From NCBI GenBank assembly GCA_040954595.2, contig CM082596.2, positions 2,654,556-2,718,555 on the forward strand: a stretch of DNA of 64,000 nt, written 5' to 3'. Within the stretch, counting starts at the first letter, position 1, and each line of letters begins with the position of its first letter. The notes below the pieces were generated by a model. It was not told where the DNA came from and did not search any database. It worked only from the letters and a program-made list of their open reading frames with translations. The translations under genes and the position numbers were made by a program. Positions 23,101 through 36,745 of the stretch are shown here, piece after piece. Origin of the DNA: Balanoglossus misakiensis (taxonomy: Eukaryota > Animalia > Hemichordata).

Positions 23101-26100
23101 AACGGCACTAACAAAGCACAGCAATCGCCAGCCACACACGGTTTCTCCCGAAGAAATACAATTTAGAGAAATTTAAGCATATTAGGGTTCAATTGTCTGC
23201 CATTGAAGAATAACGCAAATAGGTCAAGTGGAAACAATATAGCGGCTGGAGTAATCAAAATTGGATAGAAATAATAATTTGATTAATGTTTCAAACCAGT
23301 CTTTGATTTTCCTGACTGTCTTGTCTGCTAAATTTAATTGTTTTTAGCATTGTGTTAATATTTTTTTCCGTGTTTTGTTCACTGCATACTAATATTTGCA
23401 TGTGTCCAATAGACTGAACAACCAACGAGCTACTAAGTTCCTATCTCAGTCACATGCTTATTACACAGTCTCCATTTGTGATCATTTGTTTCATGTCATT
23501 AAATGCTGAGTCCAAAAGACAGTTTCTAGATATTTGATATGCAAGAGTTACATCATTTATGGCAAATTACGGAAACCAAATTTAGAAACAAGAACTATTA
23601 GGTATAATCCAGTAGGAGAATTTGATAACCCCAATCTGCAAAGATATCCGAATATACAATGATTAACTATACACGTTTCTTCGACGGTCTATATCCATCA
23701 CAATGATATAGTAATCATGTCATGCCACTGTTTCTTGCTTTGCTCACCTCACATTTAGAGATTGTTTAATTTGAAGCTACACTGTTTATAACTACATGTA
23801 CATTGCAAAGATAAGCTGCAAATGATACTCAATGTTTCTCTTCTGACAATATTTTAAATGTTTTATTGAAGACGCCCACTTGATTAAGTTTGTGCTTACT
23901 ATCAGTTCTAACGTACATGATTAATTCATACCTTGTCATTTTCTTGTCAATGTGAGTCACTCTAAGATCTTATTTCCCCTGAATCTCCAAGAAGAATTCA
24001 AAAGAATTTCGTTATCATGCTTAATTGAAGCACAGTCCCTTCGAGTATACAGGCAAAATGTTCAGACTTCACTGTGTTTTTCCAATGTCCATCTTTAATC
24101 AACCGTTCAGTGGTTTTCTTCGTGAAAATGTCACGCTCGTTAAGTATGCACTCAGTAGACTTTTATTGTGCTATTATAACTCTTTACATACTCATGTCAG
24201 TAGCACGTGTTTCGCACGCAAAGTTTACCGTTACTCTGATCGGTACTTAATACTGCATCAATCTTCTCTTTTATCCTGAATTTTATTGAGAGACAACAGG
24301 ATTAAGATTATCTGACACAATCCATATGCATATGGACAGTGTTGATAAACATCACTAATAATGTGCTATCTTAAATATCTGGTTGTGATATTGTATTGTG
24401 TGACAGACATGGGAGACGATTAGTCTAGCCCAGCTGGGATATGCTTGGCTTGACGTAGTCAGGAGTAAAATGCGAGGGGGGCTACGAGAGAGCTAGAGTC
24501 TAGGATTACTGAAGCCCTAAGGTGGTCATAATTTTCCTGTGCATATTTCGCCGAACCCCCAGAGTGGAATATTGGATGTGAATTTGACATTTCTGGTCAT
24601 TTTGTGAGATTGCAAAATACCTAGGATCAGGCTATGCAGGCTCTGTACTAGTCTAGTGCAATGTGAAGTGATTGATACACCATCATTACACTTAAATTTT
24701 ATCAGCTGCATGAAAGTGTTCATGACATCTATGAAGTAATTTAAATTTAAGAGCAGGTCGAATTATGAGCCTTCAGCACCATTTGATTTCGATTTCGATT
24801 ACGACGAATTGAAAAGGCATTGGCACACAATTACCACTGCGTCGGTTCAACACGACCGATCTACGAGCTCTAGGTTCACCTTGCTGTGCAACGTGTCCAA
24901 TGCTGTTCAGATCAACACTATAAGCAGACCTGGAGATGTGACTGATGGTCTTGTGTACACAGGCATAATAGTTCGAAAGATCCTTTAATAGCCGATTTCA
25001 CGAACTCAATATACTAATCAGGTACGGATTTCGGTTCAGCGCACAGACATATGCTGTCATCATCTTTTCAAAAGACAGGAAAATGTGCATGCTGCGTACG
25101 ATGACACCCCAAACAGATGGGGAATAATTCCCTTCATAAACGATGATAATCTCTTTCAAGGACGATTATCTGTTCAGAGACACTATTAATACTGCCGCCA
25201 CAAAACGACAAGCGTGGCATTTACCACATTAAATATATTCAGAACCGATAATCTTAAAACCGAGTAACCTAATTTGTTAATCGAATATTTATGCTTGTAT
25301 GGATTCATGTGGATTACAAAGAGATACAACGTTTTCATCACACTGCTCATACTGCCTCATATAGTTACTGTATAATTTTAAGTAAGTTTATTATTTAGTG
25401 ATCTGGGTTGAGGGAAGGTCCATTATGTAAACAATTATACACCCTGCAAATCTCTCTTTATGATATCATTTGAGGGACTAAAAGACGATTTTAACATAGC
25501 GTGGGATTGAACGCCAATTACGTCCAGACTTCCAGGACTAATTTCCCAGAAGGCCATACCGGTGTCCTATCCATTTCGTTTCTCAATGTTACCGGAACAG
25601 TAATTGCTGGGAGGTTATTTAAGTACTTATAAGAAATCTAACAAGGTAATATAAGAACTTGATTATTTTTGAATAGCTTATATTTCACTATAGAAGCAGT
25701 GTCCCCATCAGATAACCAAAGTATTCGATTTTATTAAGGTTAGTTCAGTGTAGTAGGAGAAATATGTTCGTGTTCATGCATTCCTTTCACTGAAATGTTC
25801 CCAAGTAATATCGACCATTCGTGTTTATTGTTTTTGTTCGTACTACTCAACTGGAAGATAATAATTTAATAAAAGGGAAAGATACATGCTGACAATATTT
25901 CTCTAAGTGACATTTTGATAAACTCCCATGTTTTAGGACTTGGGATGATTAACAAAGAAATAGACGTTTCCCCTTGTCGGCTGCCATGTGGAACTTAATG
26001 AACTATGCAGAGAATGACGCCGTCTCGCCTCCATCTCAAGGGAAAGTACAGGATAAGGAGAGATAATTGAAAAAAACTGGAACCACTACTTCTTGAAATT

Positions 26101-29100
26101 CCCGTCGATACTGCTACGTTTAATCCGGCAATTAAACTCGGTCCAATTTTCGATCCGAAATATCAACACATTTCGTGACCCGTCGATAGTGCACAGAACA
26201 GTCAGGTATCCCGAACAACGGCAATGAAAATCCGATGAAATAGGTTCGCGAACTTCGTGTGATCTTTGTTTAGAAGGGGACTCTCCTAATTCGAGGCGGC
26301 GACGATTCAATTTCTCTCACAGCCATTGTGTATCGGTGACATGAAAGGGAGAGCAGTTTTAAAGTGGAAAGCAATGATGCATTACGTTGAGCTGTCAAAT
26401 AGGGATCGACCCAAAGGCGATACAGTCGATTTTTCTTGCAATGTGAGGAATTGCTGAAACCATGTGAAAACCAGGATTATCATCATGACAGGCAACTTAA
26501 GGTCTCCCGTATTCAATGGCATTTATGTACCGGTAGTGGCATATGTTTCACATGAGAGTTCATTACTTCATTATAAAGGTGACAGGTGCTGCATCAGAAA
26601 TGAATGAATAAGCTGTGGTCATTGTTGTCACATTGTTGTCAATTAATTTGTTTCTTCACACCCAGGGTTTAAATCAGAATTGACAGATTATGGAAGATGT
26701 CTTCTGTCTTGAAAGTTTCCTTGCATTCTTGTTCGTTCTTATTACTTTCCAATTGCCACATTGAAACTCTTTCCAATGTCTCAAATTGATTGTCCATGGA
26801 CATTCTTTCTCTACGTGTACGCTCAGACTTTGTAATTTAAAAGAGGCATTACCATGCAACAGTGCCTGGTATACTCGACGATAGTTCTTGTAAGTGTAAC
26901 TGGCTGCTCTGAGTGGTTGTTTAGACATTGACAATGCCATTAGCTACTCGAGTGGCACATGCTCCTATTGAAAAGTTCCTTAGCGCAGAAGACACTTCAA
27001 GATTGAAATCGATGCCGCCAATGCAAAAAACACATCAGGAGAGCGCTCCGTTGAAACTCTCAAACAGTGTTAAGTTATACCCGAGTCATTATGAACATCC
27101 ATGTAACACCACACATTTTATCTGCATTTAATTTCAATTCCCGGGTTTGAAAGATGTCACGTCTCTTAATTTTTCGCCCTGATTGACAAACGTGGTGTGA
27201 ATAAGAAGTGAGATTCGACACCATTGCATAGAATGGTCGCTCACGTTACAGATTTCCGTTGCATTTTAACACACTGCTTAATTAGGCAATATATTTCCCT
27301 AAGTCAGCCCTACAGGTGTTGAATAATCTACCATCAAACGCCCACCGATTCGCAATTAGGTGGGCAAATTTGCAAGCTAGCTCAGCAAAACACTTCAGAC
27401 TGAAAACATTGAATTGGTGGATATTAAGACATAAATTTGTATTACATCTTGGTTAATGACTACAGAAATTTTCTCTGACATGCTTTTCATGACTAGTGTG
27501 AAAGTGTAATGAACTTATCATTGTCATAATGATGATGGCTAGCATTACGGTTGAAGTGCTAAATAGTACATGTATCTCTAATTACAATACAGTATTATTC
27601 AAATGACATTTCCTTACAGTTATGTAAAGGGGCATATGTTATGAACAGCTTACCATATTGTTTATATCTATAGAAATACCCATGTCAACAAATATGGTCC
27701 TTTAAACAGGTTCGAAAGGTCAAGGAAAAGTGTTGAGATTAATTGTCTGTTGGGCAGGTAATCTGTGCCAGTATGATCCAGCGAGAGAGAGTTAGAGACA
27801 GATAGAATTCTTGATATTGTATAAGTGCAAAAATTATAATTACAACACGACCTAGATGGAAAAATGATCACGACTGTGGTACCACGTCAAAATCACTCAT
27901 GATGCCCCCAAACCCTGCTGTTAATCTCGTAAGTAACAGTTCTAAACTTTGCCCCCAAATAAAATCGTAATCACACTGCATCTACACCATCCGTATACTA
28001 TGTACCACACGCTGAAGATGAAATTACAAAAATGTCAAAATATATTAAGACAGCATGTGTGTGCTAAGACTTCAATGCAGCTGTGCCAAGGCAAGGTTTG
28101 GAATTTGCTTCTGGACTCTAAACGTCCCAACAGCTACATCTTTTAATCACTAATATTTATATGATTTAATATCGAAGATGTGTGTGTACTTCTCCAGCTT
28201 ACTTGGACGCTTACACTTAGACATTTTGTTTTTCTAACTGGATATTCGTAAAGTGTGAATACAAATAGCTGATTACAGGGAGCATCTTGGTGTCGAGAGA
28301 GGCCTGGTTTACATCACGTGTAGCTGCATGATAATATTGTTGGCTCCCCATATTATTTATATTAAAATTCAGTCATTCGTTAGTAATTAGAATTTGTTAA
28401 GAATTGCATCCATTTTTTCTCCCTTTGGAACGAAGGTGGAAACTTAAAGGTAAAAGCTTTATTCATGGCTGTTTGAATGCAGATCAATCGGAAGAATACA
28501 AACAGATGTTTCAACAGCTTTTATACTTCAATCTATTTACCAGACCGTTTCTCTCCCACAGTCGAAGGTGTGGCCACTGCATTCACCTGTCACTTAAAAA
28601 ATGTTAAGTTGGACAAACGCACCGACGATTTTTCAAGTGATGACGTCATTGACACAAACGCTTTCCGTCCTTTGACGTTCTTAGCTGGTCGTGTCGGTCC
28701 GGGCATCATTATGTTAATCAGCAGCATGAGTCTGCGCGACGTATGCTTGCTGAGAGAGATCAGTACACTAGCCCTGATGACATTTGAAAATCCCCGACAA
28801 AATGTGGATCGTGACATTTTCGTGCGAAATGCTATATTGCCAGTTTTCTGTATACCGTACATGTAGGTATAGAACTCAATTCGCAGTATGATTAATTCTG
28901 ATCTGAGGCGGCCCGTCGTCACGTTCAACCGACGTACTGGTTTGCAAGTATTCTTGAATTTAGTGCATGCATGCATGTACAATTCATCGATCAAAGTAGA
29001 GTGATTTATCTAAATTTGATTGCCACCGTACGATACCGGTATGTTACATGCATGTCAGTTTTGGACTCATCATACGCTTTTTGACAATATTATTGCATTT

Positions 29101-31666
29101 TGGATCATCAGTAGCCATGGTTTCCACACAGACACCTTCAGTAATGTTTATACGAAACATGCATTGTCTGGCAATGTACATGCAGTCATCAGTCAAAGTA
29201 ACCGACTTTCTCCTTTTTCATGAACAAACTGAAGTTGAAGAATAGTTGGAAACCTTTTCTGCCCTTCGCTAAGTTTTTATATTAGATTGAATTATCTAGA
29301 CAAGTACTATAAAATTCAGAATTGCGTTTCTGATTATCCATGCTGTGGTTACGAACAGTCTACTGTCACAGGAACATCATGGGGAAACGTCGACATTTCA
29401 GGCCATGATCATGCATCTTTGAAGTCATCACATATTTAAACAATATTACATTCATTAAGTACCTTGTGATCTCTGATCACAAGGTTGTGTAATGTACAAG
29501 GAAATGTCATAGCGTATACAACAGTGTGGGTGTATTGCGGATGTTAAAATACTCACTGTCGTTTCACAAAAGAGATCTGGGATTTCAAATGTCAGCACAT
29601 ATAAACCGGGTCCAGGAGACAGATTCACATTGCCATGACAACAAGTTCATGCCGCTGACTAAATCCATTCTCAAATAATGCGACTTCTGCTGTGTTAAAA
29701 CATTAACAGAAAGTTTCCGCTTATATTCTGTGTTGTTTATCCGATGGCATCACTTCGGACTTAAATAACAGCATGTACCGAAATAACACCGCCTTCAACT
29801 TCTTAATCATAGCGCTAACCTAACTCTATGTTTTTGTCATACTTCGGGGGAGAGTACGAAAATCTCGTGAAGACAGATTTTTACCCTTTGAGTCGTAGCA
29901 AAGCTCCTTTGAAAGGGAAACATCTAATTCCGTTGCCAAGGAAACCTGAGTAGGAACTACGTGGGAAGGCAGAATATTCCATCCTTTATCACTGATCAGT
30001 CTCGTGGTGTCGCACCCGAGGCAGTTCTGGTGACTGGAGAGGCAAGTTGGAATATTGAAGTTTGCAGTGTAGAATTGACCGAAGAAACAGTCACTCGCGA
30101 GCTAAAAAACAATCAATATTGACGTAACGATTGCCTTGTTTATCATCGGCATATTCCCGAGTTTCGGAAAAACTCTGGGTAAGAAAGTGCCCTTTACTGA
30201 TAACACTGTGTAGTTATATGTCGGTAAGGCACAGACGGTACCTTTGATTACCAGGCAGCTTCACAAACAGCGCAGTTTTCGGAGGAATGAGTACCTGCTA
30301 AAAGCGAAATTATCACTGTCGTGATTGCCAAGTTGCCATGGAAATGGAGCTTCTGACGTACATAGATTAAAACAAAATCTAGCAAAAAATTTTAGCGTGC
30401 ATTGGTGGGGTTAAGATTCACCTTCTATGACTCAAATTACTTTCGACGTCATCATCATCATCGTCATCAAAATCAAAATCATCATCATCACATTTCCAGT
30501 ACATATTATGATAAAAGTAATATGATTAGGTGCAGAGAGAGGGAGAGAAAGAAATATTTGTCAGTACAACAGGTATATTATTATCCATAGGCTGAAATAA
30601 TTCAAAGTTATGAGACATTTATGATGGCTTTTTCTAGCTGAAAAGACGATGAAATGATATAAACAATTCTATGCTCGAAGACTTAGAGTCTTAAAGGCAA
30701 CTGAGCAGTATGATTTATACTTTCCCATTTATGGTAAAAGGGGATGCGCCAAACTCAGGGCTATCATTGGGCGGTGCACTTTCCCAATGACCATCCAAGT
30801 GAAATTCTGTGATTGGCTATTTCTCCAGTACCACAAAATATCTGGCCATATATCAGACCTTTGCCTTTGAATACATTTGTTGAAAAACTAATTTACAACC
30901 AATCACTATTGTAATTTAAGTTGGATGCCAATCTTATGGGCCGCAAGTTGTCCTTTCTCTGTTTTCGCTCACCTGAACTACGATCCTCAGGTATTATTGA
31001 CATTTATAGACGAGAACAGATAATACTTCCTGAATAAAATAGTTGTCGTTGTAAGATGATACATATTGGATAAAATTGTCTTCATGGCCTTAGACGAAAA
31101 ACCTTCATTTGTAATCCTGTATTGTTCCTGTATATACTGCACTCACCACAGGTGAGCTTAACATCGCCTTATTAAGAACAAGATATTATAATCTACATGT
31201 ATATCACTGCCTTCTACGCAGGTGGAAATGGCGAAATCTTAAAATATTTTGCTCCGCTTGTTATGACTTGGGAGTTTGACGAATTTTGTGATAATTTTCA
31301 GTGCCGTCTAGTTTTGTGTTAAGCTACACGCAATTTTTGTGATACGTTAAAAGCGGGTGAAATACTTATATCAATAGTCTTACAGTTACAATCTTAATAT
31401 ATCTCAGAAAATCAAAGATGTATGTCTCGTGTCTGAGTGCAAGAAAAAACACTAACATGCATACTTGATAAGAATCGCTGGCACTTTTTCCTGCATTAAA
31501 GATCAGAATGGTTAAATCATTGAATCAACACATTTTAGTAAGTCGCTTGAATTGCATGGGCGTAGAGCTTAAAAAGAAGAAGAATTAACTCACCTCGATG
31601 CAGCATTGTAGTCAAAAGGACCACCGAAAACACGATATTTCCGTTCATATTTACCGTGTAAGTCAT
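10585..31666 (-). CDS. Nicotinic acetylcholine receptor-like (alpha9/alpha10/alpha7-type) pentameric ligand-gated cation channel subunit, paralog A, 7 exons, 486 aa; lacks loop-C vicinal cysteines
   Basis: Exons 31594-31666, 19688-19827, 16095-16139, 12661-12770, 12121-12323, 11620-11946 and 10585-11147 total 1461 nt, in frame. Signal peptide, VRPV, WLPD, Cys-loop [16 protein letters not shown]1-M4, [17 protein letters not shown] and EWKRLAVVIDR are all present. Confidence 0.93.
11620..11946 (-). CDS. nAChR-like A exon 6 (loop F, loop C, M1, M2)
   Basis: aagcag|GG...ATA G|gtaagc; 327 nt. Confidence 0.95.
12121..12323 (-). CDS. nAChR-like A exon 5 (Cys-loop, loop B)
   Basis: ttttcag|T...GGA G|gtaaga; 203 nt; [26 protein letters not shown]. 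Confidence 0.95.
12661..12770 (-). CDS. nAChR-like A exon 4 (loop A)
   Basis: ggcag|AGA...AA|gtaagc; 110 nt; RWNDEYLSWDEAMYPGIRDIKIPSDLIWLPDVSLYD(N). Not in the ORF track. Confidence 0.93.
16095..16139 (-). CDS. nAChR-like A exon 3 (45 nt, loop D)
   Basis: tttcag|GAT...CTG|gtaagt; DERKQTLQVNTWLTL. Confidence 0.92.
18708..18743. repeat. 18-bp perfect tandem duplication
   Basis: GTGGAGTCCTGTAATACC x2. Confidence 0.8.
19640..19667. repeat. (TCAA)n microsatellite
   Basis: About 7 tandem TCAA units just inside intron 2 of nAChR-like A. Confidence 0.9.
19688..19827 (-). CDS. nAChR-like A exon 2 (140 nt)
   Basis: ttttcag|AT...ATG|gtaaga; (D)CNGNESMKKLVNLLLADYNTIVRPVHNISTVTTVDMQLFISQVINM. Confidence 0.92.
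22895..23016. repeat. Diverged 63-bp tandem duplication
   Basis: aagtt.aagt.tttatc...ccttgtt...cgattgcttt.g.aataa at 22895 and 22958. Confidence 0.65.
29932..30345. promoter_or_regulatory. Two near-consensus RFX X-boxes in intron 1 of nAChR-like A
   Basis: GTTGCCAAGGAAAC (29932-29945) and GTTGCCATGGAAAT (30332-30345). Confidence 0.4.
30449..30492. repeat. Degenerate (CAT)n microsatellite
   Basis: tcatcatcatcatcgtcatcaaaatcaaaatcatcatcatca. Confidence 0.75.
31594..31666 (-). CDS. nAChR-like A exon 1 (signal peptide)
   Basis: MTYTVNMNGNIVFSVVLLTTMLHR G|gtgagt; phase 1 fits exon 2. In-frame TAG 5 codons upstream; alternative ATG at 31648. Confidence 0.75.
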
Positions 31667-34600
31667 GGACAGATATGGCTATATACTACCGTTTGTCTTT
31701 GCTCCGAAGCCTAATATATGACCGCCAGGGAAAATACTAATGAAGACACGGTGATGTGTATATTCGTCAACGTACCCGTTGGGACGATGGAAATCCTACA
31801 TGGAAACGATGGAAGCAGACAAAAACATCACATTCGCTTAACGATGCCCCCTGCAGTCGGATACTTTGAACACAACAAGCGCATTGGGCATATAAAGTCC
31901 GTGCTCTGATAAAAACGTAGTTCTACAGTGGCTGATGAGCTGAGTTGGTGTTGCATACAAAGTTGGCGGACCCTTTAACGCAGTGGGTTTGTTTTACATG
32001 ACTACGCAGGCCGAGCATGTTTTATCATAGCGGGAAGAATCTTTATGAATAATTAAAGCAAATATGGACATGTCATTACGCAAGGTGGTGTACTTTGTCT
32101 GCATCAAAGATTTCTCGCCACAGGAAATGTTGACATTCTATCTTTCTCGGTTTATGGGTGACTAATTTGGATGAAGGCATTCAATTTTCTCTTGTTGAAA
32201 AGAGTGAGCGCCAGACGCCAGGTCGGATAAGATATACACTTAATTGACAGGTTTATGACAATAAATTATTGTCAACAATTCTAAATGTATGGAGGAAAGG
32301 TATGGTGATTTCCTCTACTGCACGGGTCGTATTTTCTGTACCCTACTTTGTTCGGTAATTTTGCCCTTTGGGATGATTAAGCCATTTCGCTCGTTAAACA
32401 GCCAGGCAATTCATATCAACTAAAGGAATACAAGTTCCTGATGGCGCAGATTTTATCTGCTGTATTAGAAATTGATAAAAATACGACACAAAAGAGATGC
32501 TACTCTTCCGGTCTCTGCCTATCAACTATTGTTAGTAAGGTATCACTATATTCACATTGATGATTAAATCTTTCCCATTGTAATTATATAAACCAATTCA
32601 ACCCCTACTTAAAGCAATTGCCAGTTCCCAGATGTTCTTCTCAAAGGACCAATCATTTATTTTTGTTCATGTCATGTGATACTACCCGCCTTTTCCTATA
32701 CATATGATTATCTATTGGTCTGTCATCACTGATTAATTTTGTCTTCAAGCGGCAGGCATTAATTCAATTGTGGCATTTGTCGTAATGCATTTAATGGAAA
32801 TATGTGATCTTTTAATTATATTTTACTTCATGTGAGATGTGATTTATGTAGCGGACTGAACCCTCCATTGTTGTAAAGCTCAACTCACGATTAACGAGTC
32901 ACGATGAGCATATAATAAAAAGAAAGGCAGCTCCATGCTTCCATTCTACTACCATAGTTATGAGGCAATCATTCAGTGTTTAACTATTCATATTATTTTG
33001 TTTGTTAGATAATATTCTGATAGTGTTTTCGGGAATATTATGACACGACTGTGGTTTTGATTGGTAGTGTAGTTGCTTCCATCTGTGGCTGGTTTGATGT
33101 CACAATCGTCGATGGTGTTTGAATGTCGGTAGAAATTCTTCTTCTTGGTCCAGCAAGGATGTTAAAAGTTTATCTGACATGTCTCATTTCAATCACATTG
33201 CGTGTGTAGTTCTATTACTGTTGGCCTGTTGGGCATACTTGGGCCTTGTGAAGCCAGTGTGGGCTTGTGATTTTAATTCTCCAATGAATTTCTTCCATAT
33301 ACCAAACATGCATGTTTTATGTCTGCGAAATACAATGTATTTAAGCATAGAATGATATAAAATATGGATATATATATGGAGGTAGGTAATGCTCTCACAT
33401 TAACAAGAAGTACCGGAAAGAAAAACATCATCAATTCTCATAGGAAGCAAAATAATCAAAAAAGTTTTTATGAATGAAGAGATTGTGTGTCTCCTTTAAA
33501 TCTTGCAAGAGCAAAAAACCTACCAGTGCTTTGAAACTTGCATTGACTACGTAAGCATACCGCCCTTTTCAACCTGCATTCACATCACTTAGAATCAACT
33601 TGCCTGACAGACGTACGGCCGAGATTACATAGAAAAAGGTCACTCAGTTCTCAGCAGTTTTTATTATCATTTCATCTTACTCGGCGTAAAAACATGACAA
33701 GTGGCTTGTGCAATCCATTACATTATCAATTTAGAAGTGGCTAGAGTTGACACGAGGCTTGCACTACCACGGTAACCAACGCATATCAGGAAACGCAACC
33801 AATCGTAGACAAAGAGACATGTACATGTACAGCCATCAATGTGTTCAAATAAATGCCAATCATTTATTTTATTTGTACCTTTCATATGCTGAAAAATCAA
33901 ACAATTAACACTTTTTAAAATCTTGAGCCATATTTGAACAGACCTCATGTGATTACCTGCGAACTACCGTTACCATGTACAAGAGTACCGTTGCCATAGC
34001 TATATGTGATATTTATAGAACAAATCGGCCAATCGGAACAGGGCATTCAGTACTAGTAAGAAGTGGATTTCGATGTAGAAAATCAAATGTGAATGATCAC
34101 TGGCAATCAACAAGGCATATATGAAGAAGGAAGTTCAATTATTAATAACCAACATGCAGTCAGTTTAGTTCAAAACAAATGATAGACTTCATTGATACAT
34201 GCCGTTTGAAGCGTGCTCATGTGGCGATCGATACACTGTTCACGTGTTGAAAGGATAGCCTGGGATATATAAACGAAATGAGGCTTGACGTATGAACCTT
34301 TTCTTTCTAATGGCGTTTAATACGCCAGCCTTGCAACTTGCAAGAGGCTTACATTAAACCAACTGCTTAGCGAATGCATTTCCTGTGCGTTTTATGATAT
34401 TCCGAGAATCGTCATAACAATCCATCTTGAAAAAGACCCCAAGCCCGCAGCACTCCAATTTTGATTATACAGCTTGTGTTTCTCTATGCAAACGATCATT
34501 ATCTATGGTTTCGGCAGTGCGATTCTAATAACCATCTCAGTCACGCGAAGAAAAACGTCCCTGAAACTCATTAATACTGACGCCTGAAGATAGTATAATT

Positions 34601-34779
34601 ACCCGCACAGGCAACTTTTATGAGTTTACCAAAGTGCTGTTTTTACATTTCTAAATGCATATCAGCCAAGACCGGCTTTCAAAATTAACCATCTTCTATG
34701 AGTATATGCAGTCATTGAAACATATGAAAGGCAATTACCTTTATTCTAAACAATCTCAAACATGAGCTTTAAAATCTTT

Positions 34780-35070
34780 AGACTATACTGCATGACGCCA
34801 GATACACTAAAACTCTCCTGAAAAGTAAGTTGTACACGCCACCAGAATAAAAAAAACATTATAGATGTTGTATTACAGTTTTGCTCATTTACAATTTCAA
34901 AATGGCCGCCATTCTCTGTGTTAACTGTATAGAGTAAATATAAAGTAACGGTAGTGATTTTTTATGTAAACAGTACCTTGAAACCTATATAGTAAATAAT
35001 CGAAAGATTTGAAGGACTATCATCAGAAAATTTGTCGTTGAGGTGCATACATGTACTACCGGTACCTTCA
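34780..35070. mobile_element. Decayed non-autonomous DNA transposon/MITE fragment
   Basis: TTCAAAATGGCCGCCAT...GTGTTAACT.TAT and a terminal GAGGTGCATAC..TACTACC..CCTT resemble a dispersed repeat recalled from marine deuterostome genomes. Boundaries approximate, not verified by search. Confidence 0.4.
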
Positions 35071-36708
35071 ATCATTTGCATGATCAATATGATAATTCAT
35101 TATTCACTACCCTGCTAAGGCATTTTAAAAACTAATTCCAACTGCCACTAGCAGCATGAAAAGAAAAGTGCTTGACAAAGAGTGCGGCAGGTTTCTTGTG
35201 GTGAAGACACTAAAACAGGAGGTGCCTGTCTAGCAGGAATATGCACATAAATGTATTACACACAATTGGAACTATTTTGTGATTATAAGATACCCATACA
35301 TATCATATACATCAAATGAATTTGATGAAACTGCATGCACAGCCTTTTTTGTGAATTGCTTTTTTTCAGTAAAAATATTAGTAGAACAGTAACATGTAAG
35401 CCGTTTTCAGGATATTTTCAAGATCTTATTAATATCACAAGGTAGTTCCTATCGTGTTTTATGTATAAATCCTTGGTTCTACATGTAGGTCATATTCGTT
35501 AACAAAAGACTTCACTGATTCTCCGTTTTCCACATCCATAAAACGCATGCCACACATGTATTACGGGTCATTGTGACATACAGTTTGTTCAGTGGACCTT
35601 ATGGAAAAGGGAACTTTAAGGAGATGTGATCGGCACAGCGGCAAAACTGAAAGGCTGTTCACTGGAATTGGAGAACGCTTTAGGATCCAGTTCAGTTCGT
35701 ACAACACGATGATTTCCATTTAAGAGATTAGATTCTGCAGAGAACAGCCGAATAAACACTTGTCATGAATGGAATGGCGACCTTGAAAGAAAATGGGTTT
35801 CGACGATAAATTTGTTGTAACGCTACGAATAACATCTTTAGATTTCAAAAAAAGTTTAGATTTACACCTTGAAAAAAGAAAAATATCATCATTAAAAAGT
35901 ACTGCTACCTGTCTTTAAAAAAGATTACAAGCAATCACACATCTTGTCCAGTAGTTGTTACCATTTAAACGAATGTTAGACGTTTTTAATGTTGCCATTA
36001 CATTTCCATTTTTCGTGAAATGTTATGTAAAGTGTGTAGCTCTTTACCCCTGATGTTAATTGCATATGATTTGAGAAATAATCGACATTAGGTCATGAAT
36101 AGTGCATAGCATGTCATCCATTTAAGTTGTTCGCTTTTGCCTCGAGATATTGCCTCGGGAGAACCAGAAATAAGCGTGCGGAAACTTGTGATAAAGCTCT
36201 ATTTGATTTTTAGAAACTACACTTGTGCAATAGTTTAGTTGTGCGGGTGTTGAAAAGGAAACCGATTTCAGGTGAGCCCACATAACTCAAATTTAATACC
36301 CCAAAAGGGCATTCCTTTTTCAATTTATTTCGAGTAACCCATGAGCAAATTATTTTAAGGTCAAAAGTGAGAACGTGACCAATATGTTTACCAAGGAAAT
36401 GTCACCAAAGTGTTACTAATTTGACCAGGCAAGGTGACCTTTTACATGTAAGTCCTAGCGGGAACACAGTTTTCAGATTTACCCCTTGCCTGCAAACTAT
36501 AGTATCGAAAATGACACCCATTTAAATCTACAATTACAAGGGGGACACGTGCGTGTTTCTCAGCGGAAAGGAGACTGAATTGAAGGACTGTGTTAGAATG
36601 AAAAGAGCAAAAGCTAAAGGTGAAAGTCTTGTAGCCAGACATATTGTCAATGCTGTTTTTGCTTTGAGTTAATCTCACTTTGAGCTAATCTTTGGTACCG
36701 TATCAGTA

Positions 36709-36745
36709 CATCACCGTCATCACCATCATCATTGTCATCGCCGTC
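36709..36745. repeat. Degenerate (CAT/CAC)n microsatellite
   Basis: catcaccgtcatcaccatcatcattgtcatcgccgtc. Confidence 0.65.

Noticed and set aside
26086-26310. GC-richer 74-codon minus-strand ORF in intron 1 of A
   Set aside because: Non-ATG start, no motif and no phase-compatible splice sites seen.
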